A stretch of 63,963 nt of DNA, the filler included, from Octopus bimaculoides (lineage: Eukaryota), in NCBI RefSeq assembly GCF_001194135.2. It is 4 parts of 3 records of this genome, joined end to end, with 100 filler letters (N's around TTAATTAATTAA, not from the genome) between each part and the next. Parts side by side here need not be neighbours in the genome. Positions count along the whole stretch, not along the records: positions 56,733 to 63,963 come from NC_069003.1; 3 more parts are not named here. The stretch is one strand, 5' to 3'. The notes under the pieces are model-generated. The model had not been told where the DNA came from and made no database searches. It saw only the letters and a program-made list of their open reading frames with translations. Below are positions 61,441 to 63,963 of the stretch, one piece after another. The position numbers and the translations under genes are program-made. The number at the start of each line of letters is the position of its first letter. Position 1 is the first letter of the stretch.

Positions 61441-61967
61441 CATGTATGTGTGTATGTATGCATGTGTGTATGTATGTATGTATGTATGTATGTATGTATG
61501 TATGTATAATGATATGACTACGTCGCAGTTTATTCCAGTGTGCATCTTCTACACATAATAACTACGATTGCAATAAATTCTATATTACAGTTGCAGAAGG
61601 TAATATGCACATCGTATTATTTATGAGACAGAACACTGCATACTAACGCAACATTTTATTAGAATTTACACCTTTTTAATGTCAGCCAATCTCCTTTTTA
61701 TCGATCATTAGTTTCTTCAAGTCTGTTTGTTTGTCAGTTATCTGTCTGGTATCTAGCTATCTATCTCCCTCCCTGCCTGCCTGCCTGCCTGCCTGCCTGT
61801 CTGGTATCTAGCTGTCTGTATGTCTCAGCGATTCTCTCCTCCCGCACCATCTCTCTCTCTCTCTCTCTCTCTCTGTTTCTCCGTGTATCAATGGTTCTAT
61901 GTCTGCCTGCGAATGCCTGTCCCGGACTCTGTCTCTCTCTGTCTTTGACTGTATCTGTCTTCCTCTG

Positions 61968-62011
<44 letters not shown>

Positions 62012-62547
62012 TATATATATATATATATATGCCTTTTATTCTATCCCTATCTGTCCTCTGTATTTAATTAAACTCATACAGACACACACACACAACACAA
62101 CGCACATATATGCATGTACGTATATAATAAATAACAGGTAAATATATTACTATATTTCATAGTAATATACTGAAAATAGTTGAAATGTTGTTGGAGAATT
62201 TATTAAAGATTTCTTTACATTTACTTAACCGGTTTCATAGTTTCTTGATTTTCAAAAGTGTTATGAGATGGTAGGACCTGGAGCCAAGCCGCGTCTACTC
62301 TCTCACAGAAATTTGAAGATTTCTTCCTTTTATGGAGAAATTATTTCAAATTATCTTTAGCTGATGTACAGTGTGATTAACTGAAGCTGGTCACAAGATC
62401 AGTGATTCATGTGACTTCATGAACAATAATAGTGCCAATAATGTTCATCAGAGGCTCTTACCGGCGCCTTGGGTTAAACTCAATTCACCTTGTCAGCTTA
62501 TAAGATCACCGTAAAAATCAAACATACATACATACATACATACATAC

Positions 62548-62662
62548 AAACAAAATTATCCTATTGATGATGTTCAAATTCCAATGAAGGAGCCTTGGAT
62601 CTAGGTTAGAAACCGGCTCTTTCTCTATTGGCAAGAAATCTTGAAATATAACTGAATAACGA
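62548..62662 (+). mobile_element. Short 3' UTR copy of the 52-kb R4/Dong family, within (CATA)n
   Basis: aaattccaatgaaggagccttggatctaggttagaaaccggctctttctctattggcaagaaatcttgaaat..actgaataa matches about 52746-52856. Confidence 0.85.
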
Positions 62663-62691
62663 CATACATACATACATATATATATATATAC

Positions 62692-62723
<32 letters not shown>

Positions 62724-63039
62724 NNNNNNNNNNNNNNNNNNNNNNNNNNNNNNNNNNNNNNNNNNNNNNNNNNNNNNNNNNNNNNNNNNNNNNNNNNNNN
62801 NNNNNNNNNNNNNNNNNNNNNNNNNNNNNNNNNNNNNNNNNNNNNNNNNNNNNNNNNNNNNNNNNNNNNNNNNNNNNNNNNNNNNNNNNNNNNNNNNNNN
62901 NNNNNNNNNNNNNNNNNNNNNNNNNNNNNNNNNNNNNNNNNNNNNNNNNNNNNNNNNNNNNNNNNNNNNNNNNNNNNNNNNNNNNNNNNNNNNNNNNNNN
63001 NNNNNNNNNNNNNNNNNNNNNNNNNNNATATATACTTAG

Positions 63040-63069
63040 GTACGTACACTTGTACACTCAGCTTCCCAG
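63040..63069 (+). CDS. Candidate 30-nt phase 1-1 exon (GTYTCTLSFP)
   Basis: acttAG acceptor with a weak pyrimidine tract, and a consensus CAG|GTAAGT donor. Confidence 0.2.
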
Positions 63070-63515
63070 GTAAGTGACAAACGCCGACCTACGCATAAAT
63101 ATCCATAGATCATTTGAAAGCTGGGAAAGATATTTATTGGCGCACATGATCTATACCCCCATCCTGCCCGTACGTTCATCATGCCTCGCCACCACCACCA
63201 CCACCACCACTCGCCGCCGACCTCGCCACTCCCACCCCATCATTTTCCACTCACCGCACACCTTACCCATTACTCACTCCCCGTTATCTGTGAACCACTT
63301 AAGAAGTCCTTGCAACAACAACAACAATAACATCTGCAACAGTAACCATAACAACAACAGCAACAACAACAACAACAACAAAATGCTGACATAGAAGCTA
63401 CAGGGTGTTTTTTGTGTTTGGCTTTTGAGTTCGTTTTTTTATTTCACTGCTTTTTTGGGGGGGAGGGTTTGATTTATAGAGCTATTCTGACTCGACAGAT
63501 GATATTCAGTTTTGT

Positions 63516-63566
<51 letters not shown>

Positions 63567-63567
63567 G

Positions 63568-63623
<56 letters not shown>

Positions 63624-63760
63624 CACCATCATAACAACAACTACTACTACTATTACTGCTACCACTGCCATTAGCACTACCACCATCACCATGATCAACA
63701 CAGCCACCATCACCACAACAAACACTACCAACACCACCACCACCGTCACCACCATGACTA
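63516..63760. repeat. (ACT)n grading into (ACC)n microsatellite
   Basis: Seen directly. It is the source of the poly-Thr and poly-Val ORFs. Confidence 0.95.
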
Positions 63761-63963
63761 CTGCCCTTCCTCCTCTGCCTCCATCAACCTCTTCGGCATA
63801 TTAATGCAAGCATGGAAACATAATTTTTATTCTACATTGACATTACGCTTCAATGAGGAAGGCTGCGAAACGGCTGTAATCCTATGATTGTCAAGTGGTT
63901 AAATAGATATATTCATCTCTCATACCTCCTGACTTTTTGTAGATTTCACACACACACACACAC

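Noticed and set aside
61591-61599. Possible 9-nt microexon (tattacAG TTGCAGAAG GTaata)
   Set aside because: Such short matches are frequent by chance, and nothing else in the sequence supports it.
62408-62455. CTGATGA on the minus strand next to a small hairpin
   Set aside because: No GAAA in the required position, and the core overlaps the stem.
63849-63882. caatgagg...cGAAACGGCTGTA resembling hammerhead family 2
   Set aside because: The core is not CUGANGA and stems I and II do not pair; at best a very decayed copy.

Overview
AT-rich eukaryotic (animal) scaffold, dense in microsatellites and assembly gaps. The SINE families and simple-repeat load point to a cephalopod, most likely Octopus (inference). 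Most listed ORFs are translations of microsatellites or N-runs. One credible host coding exon is present: + strand, ATG 50987 to stop 51760, 257 aa, no recognisable family. About 1.1 kb upstream lie a CCAAT box, an RFX X-box and a plausible non-coding first exon. The rest is mobile-element debris: at least five tRNA-head or other SINE families; Tc1/mariner relics and MITEs; several foldback palindromes; six fragments of R4/Dong-type (restriction-like endonuclease) non-LTR retrotransposons, most in or beside (TAA)n or (CATA)n microsatellites; two Penelope-like GIY-YIG fragments; and a decayed CsRn1-lineage Gypsy element (LTR, tRNA-Trp PBS, CHCC gag knuckle, GGGAAAC slippery site, PR-RT-RNase H). 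The most notable hidden signal is seven hammerhead-ribozyme-like motifs in Penelope-type terminal repeats. One of them (60044-60179, minus strand) has a fully canonical catalytic core and a long, structured stem II of about 105 nt. Several others show compensatory base changes between copies within the window. Repeat boundaries were aligned by eye and are approximate.
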